Counted from the first letter of the stretch, positions 36,305 to 44,959 are shown. The stretch: 47,181 bases of DNA from an uncultured virus (IMG/VR IMGVR_UViG_2061766007_001954) (IMGVR_UViG_2061766007_001954), one strand, 5' to 3'. Made by a program: numbers and translations. The notes: a model not told the origin generated them from the sequence alone.

Positions 36305-36624
36305 GAATTTCTCCTTGGGCGGTTTTCCCACCACGATAAAGCGCTCTTAGGCCAGAGATACCAGCTTTCTGAGCTTAGAATTTGAGGCTCTTTAATAGAA
36401 AGAGAATATCTATCCTCAAGATAGATACGATTATCGTCCATCTCCTCTCGTCTGTAGATTATAAGGACATTCCCCTCATACGCGGCATACCACTGGACTA
36501 GACCATTTTCCGGATGCATGCCGGCATGATACAGCACACAGTCAGGATGTCCTCCATATGGCGAATCGCGTATGAGTTGTATGCCTCTTTGAAACGTATA
36601 GCTGTTTACCAGATCCACGTCCAT
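36301..36624 (-). CDS. PY-family paralogue 20
   Basis: YTFQRGI..DSPY..QWYAAY; similar to paralogue 17. Confidence 0.65.
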   Translation of the reverse strand: MDVDLVNSYTFQRGIQLIRDSPYGGHPDCVLYHAGMHPENGLVQWYAAYEGNVLIIYRREEMDDNRIYLEDRYSLSIKEPQILSSESWYLWPKSALSWWENRPRRNS

Positions 36625-36823
36625 TCCGGCAGTAAGTCCTATAGCCTTGCAATATGATGTGCCATGAATGTCATCCGAACACTCCGTCATGTTGCATAAC
36701 TGTATAGACGACACCTGGCAACACCTGCGTACCAGTGAATGCCCAGCACCATGCTGTCCTTAAATCCTTCAGCNNNNNNNNNNAGATAAGTCTCAACACC
36801 TCTAAATAATAGGAGTTATCTAT

Positions 36824-39800
36824 ATGAGTATTGACCTTACAGGGAATACCAACTTTGCCGCTCTGAAGAATCTGCAGGACGAAGTGATCGTGCCTCGTAC
36901 CAGTCTTGCTGCGGTAGATATGGTGACAGCCAATGGTATCGAACGCAATGGCAACGTTCTTAAAGTGAAAGAAGCGGCAGCTGCTGATATGCTGTCAGGA
37001 TCCACAACAGGTGCAGTCGTTACAGCTGACAATCTTAAGAAGGCTCTGGCAATGGGCCAGGCAACGCTGCTTGATATGCATACCCACGAATTGACTGCCA
37101 GTGGTGCTGCTGTTGAATGGAGCTTTAATGGCAATCAGCTGGATGTGTCGGGTACTGCCACAGCTGCTACAGCCGGTATCGCTTTCCTTGGACCTATTGA
37201 AGGCCCTGCTACCAAGAATGGCAAATATCTGGTGACGTTCGATGTGTTTCTGCCATCCACAAGCACAGCCACTAACTTCGTTGTCGGCGGTCCTACTTTC
37301 GTCACTGTGGGCACTTATCCTACTACTGTGACGACCAAGGGTGCATGGGCACGCTGCGCAGGCGTCATCAATACAACCAGTACGCTCTATACTGGCGATC
37401 TGAATCTCAGACTTACTACCAGTGTCAATAACAGCGTTGCTTTCAGTGTCGCCAATTTCCGGTTGCTGGATGTTACCGGTTTCAGTGATGCGGATATTCT
37501 GTATCTTGCGGGTACTGGTACCAAGAACACGACTGTCAGCGGTCAGACTGTGATAGGCGAAGGTGATTCCCAGTATCTCTATAAGCCTGGTTATGGTATT
37601 AAGATCAAAGGCGATACCATTGAAATCGATACTAGTGTTCTTGCAGTAGATGCTGATGATTTTATTTATGGTATCGATATGGACACCCAGTGGGCAGATG
37701 CTACGAGTGCTCGTATTGGAGGCGGACTCAGACGTGTTGTCATGGATCGCAGTAATGGCATTATCAGTGAAGTTGCTGATTTCGACTATATGCCTGCACA
37801 TGATGCATGGCGCCGTTGCGTGATGGACAATCTGGAAACCAAACATGTCAATTACTATCTGGATAAGAACGACAGCAATCTGAAAGAAGACCACACTCCC
37901 GCAGTGCTTACAGGTGCAGATGGTGATGTGATGGTTGAGTGGCCTATCACCTATGTGCGTGTTGATCAGTATACAGACAGCAACGGGCATGCACATCAGC
38001 GTTGGCTCGTAAGCCTTACGGAATTCGATGGCAGTCGTCCGCATGATTGTTTCTATGTGAGCGGTGATGGCAAGACAGTAGGTGTCCAGTATGTCGGCGC
38101 TTTCCGTATGGGTGGTTGCAATACCAATATGCAGCCTGTTGGAACTGATGAGAACAGTTGGACCGTTGTGACTACTGGGAGTGGTGTTGCGCAAGCATAC
38201 TATGGCAGATCAATCGCCGGTGTTAAGCCGATCGCGAATATGACGATTCAGCAGTTCCGTACCGTTGCGGATAATAACGGTGGTCATATCATCAGCTCTG
38301 CACATGCGCAGTTCCTGGGCCTTATGATGCTGATCGAATATGGTACTGATATTCAGTATGCCTTTAATAATGGCTTTGCTTCCAGCGTAGGTCTTGGTTG
38401 GGGACAATACAGGCTTTGCGGACGTACTGCAAGCTTCGGCAATAACAGCACTCCTGCAACAGCGGTTCATGCCAATAGCATCTATGGTGCAGATACCGAT
38501 GATGGTGCGGGCTTCTACAGACCTACCTTTGCAACCGCCAGTTCCTATAGCAACAGCACTTATGCCCTCAGACGGGCTGACAAGGATGTCAATGTCGGTC
38601 TGCTCTCTTATGGGGGTGTTGACTATAAGCGTGATGCATCTCAGGATGTCGGCTATCAGGTTATTATCGGCGGTGTTACTTATGATCGCGGCACTCCTTT
38701 CGAGAATGAGAGCGAAGGCATCATGTATTATAAGTGGACCAATGGCACCACCAATTATTACACGACTGATCACAGCCCGACTACCAGCAGCACGCTTTAT
38801 AGCGATATTTTCGGTGATGTCAGCAGTGCGACGATCGAGGGTGATACCGATCTTCATGCATGGTACAATGCATCCGCAACACCTGCTGTTATCTATACAA
38901 CAGTGGCAGAACCTAATGTCGGTACTGTGACTGTTGTGGATTATGACGATACCACGCTTGGTACTGGCACCAAGGGACTGGATGCTTATGCATGGTGTCC
39001 TGATAAGGCTACTAACAGTGTGCTTTACAGTGCAGTCGGGCATCCGGCAGTTGGTGCTTCGCTTTATAGCGATAGCACGCTTACCACTGCAGCTGTTACG
39101 ATTACCAGCATCGCCGGTTCCACTGATCCGCGTGTTGCTATTATCCAGTGCAGCTATCGTGGCATCGAAGATCCGTTTGGTTCGCAGTGGTGCTTTGAAG
39201 ATGGCGCATGGGGAGTGTTCTCCATGGTCTATAATGGAAAGACGTATTACAGACTTGGCGGGACCGGAAGCTCCATTACAGTCAGTAGCACCACTTATTA
39301 CAAGTGGGCAACTGATATTGATGGACAGCTTGGTGTCAGCGGTGCGGATGTCGTGTATCTGAATACGTTGACTCCTGCGGCCGGCGGCAATGTATATAAT
39401 GCCAGCGGTACGGTTATTGGCACTATCACCAGTGTGACTGCTCCAAGCTGCGGTGCTTTCTGGATGACAACGTCGACCGATGCTTATGCCGTGGTTACGG
39501 CTATCGCAGTTAGCAGCGTGTTCTATTGGCGCGATAGTGCAGATGATGCCGTTGTCAACAATACTCGTTACTATGGATGGAAGAGCGACGCAGGCAATAT
39601 TGTATATAGCACGACTCGTCAGATCGCAGCCAATGGTGCAGTTTATAGCATCAGCGGTACGACCGTAACGAGCGCTGGTACAGCAAGTGCTGTCTACAAC
39701 GCGCATCAGACCTATCTTAAGAACTACAGTTTGATCACCGGCAGTGTTTCGACTGTCAATGGCTATGTCCGCAAGATGGAACCGCATACGTTTGTTCCTC

Positions 39801-40009
39801 TGGTTACGGGTAGCCCTGCGTCTGACCGTCAGTGGTGGTGCGATTACTTCTACAATGTCAAGGCAGAAACTGCAAGTTATCCTAATCCCCGTGTTGTCGT
39901 TCGTGGTGGCTCCCTGTACTTCGGGGGCTTTGTTGGTCCTTTCTGCTTGGACCTGACTCCCGGTTTCTCCCTTGCTCACTGGTCCTTTGGCTCTCGCCTG
40001 GCGGTCTGA
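36824..40009 (+). CDS. DGR target protein: tail-fibre/adhesin with C-terminal C-type-lectin-fold variable region
   Basis: GADGDVMVEWP, YVGAF, LIEYG, YRGIEDPFGSQW, CDYFY, RGGS...FGSRL motifs of phage DGR targets; 3' end is the VR. Confidence 0.9.
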   Translation: MSIDLTGNTNFAALKNLQDEVIVPRTSLAAVDMVTANGIERNGNVLKVKEAAAADMLSGSTTGAVVTADNLKKALAMGQATLLDMHTHELTASGAAVEWSFNGNQLDVSGTATAATAGIAFLGPIEGPATKNGKYLVTFDVFLPSTSTATNFVVGGPTFVTVGTYPTTVTTKGAWARCAGVINTTSTLYTGDLNLRLTTSVNNSVAFSVANFRLLDVTGFSDADILYLAGTGTKNTTVSGQTVIGEGDSQYLYKPGYGIKIKGDTIEIDTSVLAVDADDFIYGIDMDTQWADATSARIGGGLRRVVMDRSNGIISEVADFDYMPAHDAWRRCVMDNLETKHVNYYLDKNDSNLKEDHTPAVLTGADGDVMVEWPITYVRVDQYTDSNGHAHQRWLVSLTEFDGSRPHDCFYVSGDGKTVGVQYVGAFRMGGCNTNMQPVGTDENSWTVVTTGSGVAQAYYGRSIAGVKPIANMTIQQFRTVADNNGGHIISSAHAQFLGLMMLIEYGTDIQYAFNNGFASSVGLGWGQYRLCGRTASFGNNSTPATAVHANSIYGADTDDGAGFYRPTFATASSYSNSTYALRRADKDVNVGLLSYGGVDYKRDASQDVGYQVIIGGVTYDRGTPFENESEGIMYYKWTNGTTNYYTTDHSPTTSSTLYSDIFGDVSSATIEGDTDLHAWYNASATPAVIYTTVAEPNVGTVTVVDYDDTTLGTGTKGLDAYAWCPDKATNSVLYSAVGHPAVGASLYSDSTLTTAAVTITSIAGSTDPRVAIIQCSYRGIEDPFGSQWCFEDGAWGVFSMVYNGKTYYRLGGTGSSITVSSTTYYKWATDIDGQLGVSGADVVYLNTLTPAAGGNVYNASGTVIGTITSVTAPSCGAFWMTTSTDAYAVVTAIAVSSVFYWRDSADDAVVNNTRYYGWKSDAGNIVYSTTRQIAANGAVYSISGTTVTSAGTASAVYNAHQTYLKNYSLITGSVSTVNGYVRKMEPHTFVPLVTGSPASDRQWWCDYFYNVKAETASYPNPRVVVRGGSLYFGGFVGPFCLDLTPGFSLAHWSFGSRLAV
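39892..40000 (+). repeat. DGR variable repeat (VR)
   Basis: Ungapped 109-nt match to 40332-40440; 20 mismatches, all opposite TR adenines. Confidence 0.97.
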
Positions 40010-40037
40010 TCCCCATAGACGGGTATAAGGAGCCAAG

Positions 40038-40140
40038 CGACCATGGGGCAGGCGGCAGGATCCCGAGAGCCAGGAGCGCCGGATGGTCAGTCCAGACGCA
40101 TAGCGGCGCAGAGGCGTGGGATCCTGCCGCCTTATGGTCG
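40038..40140 (+). other. long GC-rich stem-loop downstream of the VR
   Basis: Perfect 15-bp inverted repeat 40050-40064 / 40118-40132, extended by CGACCATG/TATGGTCG. Confidence 0.7.
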
Positions 40141-40331
40141 AGTTTTATCGGTGGTTTGTTCGGAGAAAGTTCCAGGCGAGCCCCCAAAAATTAACCAAAG
40201 TATAACTTTAACAAAACGATTTGTGATTCACGCCTTCATAATTATGCAGCCTCGTGCTGTGTGGCTTGACAGTGGTACGGGAGTAGTTCCTGGATCACAC
40301 CTTCCGTTGTGACAGAGAACTGCCCCACGAA

Positions 40332-40440
40332 TGTTGTCATTCGTGGTGGCAACCTGAACAACGGGGGCAATGATGGTCCTTTCTACTTGAACCTGAATAA
40401 CGGTTTCTCCAATGCTAACTGGAACTATGGCTCTCGCCTG
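40332..40440 (+). ncRNA. DGR template repeat (TR)
   Basis: AAC/AAT-rich invariant copy of the VR, upstream of the RT. Confidence 0.97.
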
Positions 40441-40567
40441 AACGATCTACAAACTTTCTTAAGCTGTTGAGTCGCTACCTAGGCAACTTATTGCAAGGTA
40501 CATTGAGATGGGGTCCTAGGGGTTGGTAAGCAATTGCTGAATGCTCCGGTGTTAGACCGCACGGTAG

Positions 40568-40592
40568 GAGGCCGAAAGGCCTCTTTCTTTTT
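40568..40592 (+). terminator. terminator-like hairpin between TR and the RT start codon
   Basis: GAGGCC-GAAA-GGCCTC followed by TTTCTTTTT, ending 2 nt before the ATG. Confidence 0.65.
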
Positions 40593-40594
40593 GT

Positions 40595-42147
40595 ATGAAA
40601 TCCTGGAAGCACTTATTCGAACGCGTTACAACAAAGGAAAATTTCTTAAAGGCTTTTCAGAAGGCTAAGCTTGGCAAACAGGATCATCCTTCTTTTGTTA
40701 AGTTTGCTTCTGATCTTGATGATAATCTGGAAGCGCTTAGACAGGCTGTCATTAATGGCACATGGCGCCCATGGGGCTATAATACATTTCTTAAATATGA
40801 TGGCAATAAGATCCGTCAGATCGACTATGATCCAGAGTTCTCGGATAACTTGGTACAACATGCAGTAGCCATCATTCTGTTACCATTATTCAGTAAAACT
40901 GCAATAAGAGACACTTATTCAGGTATAAAGGGACGTGGTTTACATGACGGTGTACAACGAGTCTATGCTGCTATTCAGTCATATGGCACCAATGATCCCT
41001 GGGTTGTTAAGATTGATATTCACCATTTCTATCAGAATGTGGATATAGCCAGGCTTAAGCAGATGCTTGCTAAACGTATCAGGGATAAACAATTCTTAAG
41101 TCTTCTTTTTATTATCCTTGACANNNNNNNNNNNNNNNNNNNNNNNNNNNNNNNNNNNNNNNNNNNNNNNTTTCCGCTACTGTGATGACATTGTAATTCT
41201 AGAACAGACGAAGCAAGCAGCCCTCGACGACCTATTCATCATAACACANNNNNNNNNNTGATATAGCCAGACTTAAGCAGATGCTTGCTAGACGTATCAG
41301 GGATAAACAATTCTTAAGTCTTCTTTTTATTATCCTTGACAGCCACCCGGATGGACTTCCCATTGGTAATTATCTGAGTCAGCACTTTGCTAACTTCTTC
41401 CTAAATGACATGGATCACTATATGAAGGAAGCAATCCATTGCAAGCATTACTTCCGCTATTGCGATGACATCGTAATCCTAGAACAGACGAAGCAAGCAG
41501 CCCTCGACGACCTATTCATCATAACACAAAAGTTGCAGGAGCTCGGTTTGTCCCTGAAAGACAATAAGCAGGTATTCCCAATTACCAGACCAGGACATTT
41601 GGATTTCCTTGGTTACGTCTTCTTCCGAAACACCATCAGAATACGTAGATCCATAGAGCGCGATTTTAGACGTGCTGCTCTTTCTTATATAAAGACGCCT
41701 AATACGCATGACGCACAATCTTTAATAAGTTACTATGGATGGCTAAAATGGACGACATCCGGCTATAAATTATGGAATACCTTACTGCCTGGAGTTGATG
41801 ACGTGAAATATCACCTGCCCAAGGATACCGATGCTATGCAAAACGGGACCGATCTTACTGATCTGGTTTACGATGATGGTACCATCCTGAAGCATATGGT
41901 GGATGTATTCAATAGAGATATCATTGTTGTCGACTATAGCACATTTATAAATGACAGGCAAGAGCGTGTACTTAAGATTGTGTTCTTCTTTCCCGATGAC
42001 GAACAACCCTATCGTGTATTTACACAGTCGAAAGTATTGATAACAGTTATTCCTGATATAGCAAAGACCAAACCATTTGAACCATTCAAGACCAGGATCA
42101 TTGAACGTAACAAGTGTTACACATTAGCACATACGGAGACGATATGA
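40595..42147 (+). CDS. DGR reverse transcriptase (about 444 aa once gap duplications are collapsed) with C-terminal extension
   Basis: KIRQI, DNLVQHA, IKGRG, KIDIHHFY, GLPIGNYLSQHFAN, YFRYCDD, DFLGY; both halves share KQMLA..IILD across the gaps. Confidence 0.92.
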
Positions 42148-42752
42148 AGCTTACTGATATTCCAAAAGGGCTGCAGACAGACTTCCTGGAAGAGCTTACT
42201 GCAGATAAGATGCCAGTCATTATCCGTGACGGCAAGACGGTTTATTTCCCTGCATTCATTCGCAAGGTTGAAATGCAGCAGGACGAAGAGACTAAAACTG
42301 TTTACAAATATTTCCTTGTGGAGCTGTCTTACACGGGACAGGACATCAAAGACTATGACAGCTGCAAGATTCAGTCCTATGCAGAGCTGCGTCAGTATTT
42401 CTACGGTCCTGTGACTGTGCAGATGGAGCAGCAGCTTAAAGGCACATTCGGTGCCCATCAGTATGCTGTCAGACAGGCGTTTCCGAAGGTTGCTGATGAA
42501 GTGATCTCCGGTGTTGAGCGGCTTAAAGAGATCAAGCGGCAATTCTGGGCGCTTATTGATGAGGCGACTGCGCTTGCTGGTAAGACGCGTGCAGATCTTC
42601 CTGAAGTGTTCAGTTCTGATGAATTGAAATACTATGCTACGGAGTGGGAGCTTCCTACTGAGGCAATTATCAATTATACAATCCAGTTTACGCTGATCAG
42701 CACGAACCTGCTGCAGAATTGTTTTAACTGGAGTGATCTTTTTCCGGCTTGA
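42144..42752 (+). CDS. hypothetical protein downstream of the RT (possibly tail-fibre associated)
   Basis: GGAG RBS; ATGA coupling to the RT. Confidence 0.7.
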   Translation: MKLTDIPKGLQTDFLEELTADKMPVIIRDGKTVYFPAFIRKVEMQQDEETKTVYKYFLVELSYTGQDIKDYDSCKIQSYAELRQYFYGPVTVQMEQQLKGTFGAHQYAVRQAFPKVADEVISGVERLKEIKRQFWALIDEATALAGKTRADLPEVFSSDELKYYATEWELPTEAIINYTIQFTLISTNLLQNCFNWSDLFPA

Positions 42753-42765
42753 GGAGGACTAATAT

Positions 42766-43209
42766 ATGAAGCATTTTACTTGGCAAGGTGAAACATACGA
42801 TCAGATCCCTGATCCTCTGAAGTTCGAAGATGGATCCCAGATCTCTCCTGTCACGGAAGAAGTTTTCCTTGCAAATGGTGGGACTGTGGAAGATGATGGA
42901 ACTCCCACGCACTATGAAGAGCTTTGTGATGCCTGCGATGTCTTTATTGCAGTCGTTCTCGATATCCAGGAATTTATAGGCTCCACGGACTTCCTTGGCG
43001 GCATCGATCAGATGGGTATGCTGGAAGACAGCGAAGCCGCACAGTCCGATAAGCTTACTGCACTTACTCTTGCACAACGTTGGGCAGCAGCTAATACACG
43101 GTGCAACTTCTTTGCAGATAAACCAGATCTTTATGAGGACTTCCATTCCCCGAACTGGTTCTATTTTGCCTGGGCAAGGTATGCAGAGCAGCTGCAGGCA
43201 GGTGAGTAA
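42766..43209 (+). CDS. acidic hypothetical protein (possibly tail-fibre associated)
   Basis: GAGGAGG RBS; 147 aa. Confidence 0.7.
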   Translation: MKHFTWQGETYDQIPDPLKFEDGSQISPVTEEVFLANGGTVEDDGTPTHYEELCDACDVFIAVVLDIQEFIGSTDFLGGIDQMGMLEDSEAAQSDKLTALTLAQRWAAANTRCNFFADKPDLYEDFHSPNWFYFAWARYAEQLQAGE

Positions 43210-43257
43210 TGAAGCATCTTCTTACCGCACTCTTTCTTTTAGCCTCCNNNNNNNNNN

Positions 43258-43458
43258 TTCCAGGGCGGCTTTGATGAGTATGCAGAATTTGCTAATAGCG
43301 AGGCTTATCAGAATAATCCTGTGCAGGGCAATGCTCTGGCTATTCAATGGTCCGCCCTTAATGAGCTCTGTAAATATAAGGGCTCTCTTATTGGTCTTGG
43401 GCAGCCTGGTTGGTGGTACCGCTGCTGGGAGCTTCTTGCAGAGGAAGCAGGTGAGTAA
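43258..43458 (+). CDS. partial divergent allele or paralogue of the 42766-43209 C-terminus
   Basis: Own translation FQGGFDEYAEFANSEAYQ...PGWWYRCWELLAEEAGE*; rejoins identical downstream DNA. Confidence 0.6.
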   Translation, partial: FQGGFDEYAEFANSEAYQNNPVQGNALAIQWSALNELCKYKGSLIGLGQPGWWYRCWELLAEEAGE

Positions 43459-43646
43459 TGAAGCATCTTCTTACCGCACTCTTTCTTTTAGCCTCCNNNN
43501 NNNNNNATGCTCTGGGGATTCTATATGCAGCGCAACAAACCATGCGATGAGGAATATTACATATGAATTATATCGAAGTTCAAAATATGCGTAAGCAGGC
43601 AGCAGATGCATTCAATACCGCCGTTGAAAAAGAACGNNNNNNNNNN

Positions 43647-44327
43647 ACCGCGCTTAGTGCTGCAACGGTGTATGATGTCTATGAGACGCCATACACCAAT
43701 GCTAATGGCGAGGGCACAGCTGGCAGCTACTATACAATCAGAATGAAAGAAGCCGGCAAACTGTGGATTACCGACTTCTTTAACAATACCGGCAGTGACA
43801 CCCAGTCAGAGCTTCTTACTAATCCTGCTTATGGGCTCACTGAATATGGCTATAAAGATTCGACCGGCATTCATTCTTGGTCTCTGACAGATGAATCCCG
43901 CATCTCTCAGGGTGACTCTTATAAATACAATCTTTATAAAGGCGAGAACGCCGATGTGATGTCTCGCAACAAGTATTTCCTTGGTGACTTCAAAGGCGGA
44001 GAAGAGATCGAGATCTGGCTCAGCAATGGTACGAGCTCTGTTGCATCCAATACACCAGCAGGATATCATCTCAGCACTTTCAATAAGCGTACAGATGCAT
44101 TAACCGCCACTATGGATGTAGGCCAACTGTTCCTTCCAAGCAGCTCGCAGATCAATTTTGGACTTCTTGCCGTTAGTTCTCAGGTACCTATTACAGAGAC
44201 TCAGACAATGGGTTCTCCTCTTCCGTCTAAGGGGTTGACAGTTGTTCTGTCTCTGTTTATCGGTCTTGTGCTCTGGGGATCCTATATGCAGCGTAACAAA
44301 CCATGCGATGAGGAATATTATATATGA
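43647..44327 (+). CDS. secreted surface protein with C-terminal GSPLP-TM-basic (PEP-CTERM-like) anchor; N-terminus displaced by gaps
   Basis: Signal peptide MKHLLTALFLLAS (43209 and 43458) plausibly joins TALSAATVY...; C-term MGSPLPSKGLTVVLSLFIGLVLWGSYMQRNK. Confidence 0.6.
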   Translation, partial: TALSAATVYDVYETPYTNANGEGTAGSYYTIRMKEAGKLWITDFFNNTGSDTQSELLTNPAYGLTEYGYKDSTGIHSWSLTDESRISQGDSYKYNLYKGENADVMSRNKYFLGDFKGGEEIEIWLSNGTSSVASNTPAGYHLSTFNKRTDALTATMDVGQLFLPSSSQINFGLLAVSSQVPITETQTMGSPLPSKGLTVVLSLFIGLVLWGSYMQRNKPCDEEYYI

Positions 44328-44959
44328 ATTATATCGAAGTTCAAAAGATGCGTAAGCAGGCAGCAGATGCATTCAATACCGCCGTTGAAAAAGAACGTCA
44401 GCGTAGGCTTGCTATCTCAAAGGGTGATCCTCGTGTCGAAGCTGCTTTTGACAATGCTGCTAGACAGCGTGCAGCAACTGCGCAAGCAAATCGACTTGCC
44501 GATAAACAGATGCGTGATCAGTTCAATGCAGAACAGAAAGCCAGAACGCAGGCTCGTGTTAATCGTGTGAACGCAGAAATAGCCAGACAGCAAAAAGCTG
44601 ACGCAGCCAATAGATCTAAAGCTATGGGTGTTGCTCCTACGCCAAAGTCAGAACCTAGACCGGCTCCCGTCAGAACACAGCCTGCTCATATGGGTCGTCC
44701 GACAACGGGTACTGGTACCATGAAGGATGCGCAGGGCAATGTTTGGAGCATTCAGAATGGGAAGCAGACTCTTGTGGGTAAGACACAGCAGCCGCGTCTG
44801 GCTCCTAAACCGCAGACACAGACGAACGCTTATAATACTGCTCGTAGTGCCGATATTAGAGCAGCTGCTGCAAAGGTCGGTCTGAAACCAGGGCAAGTAA
44901 CACGCGTTGGTTATGATGCTAATGGTCGTGTCAACCGTATCAATGGCATTGGACTTTAA
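44324..44959 (+). CDS. basic Ala/Gln/Arg-rich protein
   Basis: 211-aa ORF; helical N-half, low-complexity C-half. Confidence 0.7.
   Translation: MNYIEVQKMRKQAADAFNTAVEKERQRRLAISKGDPRVEAAFDNAARQRAATAQANRLADKQMRDQFNAEQKARTQARVNRVNAEIARQQKADAANRSKAMGVAPTPKSEPRPAPVRTQPAHMGRPTTGTGTMKDAQGNVWSIQNGKQTLVGKTQQPRLAPKPQTQTNAYNTARSADIRAAAAKVGLKPGQVTRVGYDANGRVNRINGIGL

Larger units (their letters stand above)
27770..36624. repeat. tandem array of about 24 divergent paralogous small genes ([CSNT]PY, Trp-rich family)
   Basis: Shared N-terminal M-T-[FY]-x-[ED]-[AG]...L...[CSNT]P[YF]; many share C-terminal W-x-L-x3-P-x2-[IV]-x2-W. Confidence 0.8.
36824..42147 (+). mobile_element. diversity-generating retroelement (target/VR - TR - RT)
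   Basis: Adenine-specific VR/TR divergence plus adjacent DGR-type RT. Confidence 0.95.

Noticed and set aside
34768..36773. 101-bp inverted repeat (34768-34868 vs 36673-36773) around minus-strand genes, suggesting an invertible shufflon-like segment
   Set aside because: Both copies end at N-gaps and differ by one SNP. Flipping 34882-36773 completes paralogue 19, makes the array co-directional and puts the terminator at its end. No invertase is seen. Scaffold mis-orientation is the simplest explanation; long reads would settle it.
36995..40036. Long minus-strand ORFs (399 and 608 aa), and others opposite Rnl2, Pnkp and the radical SAM gene
   Set aside because: They are antisense shadows of well-supported + strand genes and carry no motifs.
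40266..40295. TTGACA upstream of the TR as a sigma-70 promoter
   Set aside because: No credible -10 hexamer at 16-18 nt spacing.
40043..40312. 89-aa ORF between VR and TR as a candidate Avd
   Set aside because: It runs through the GC-rich stem-loop, is Gly/Pro/Arg-rich, and lacks the helical, ~110-130-aa character of Avd.
41041..41530. RT apparently split or pseudogenised, with internal repeats
   Set aside because: The duplicated segments flank N-gaps and overlap in frame; collapsing them gives one intact RT.
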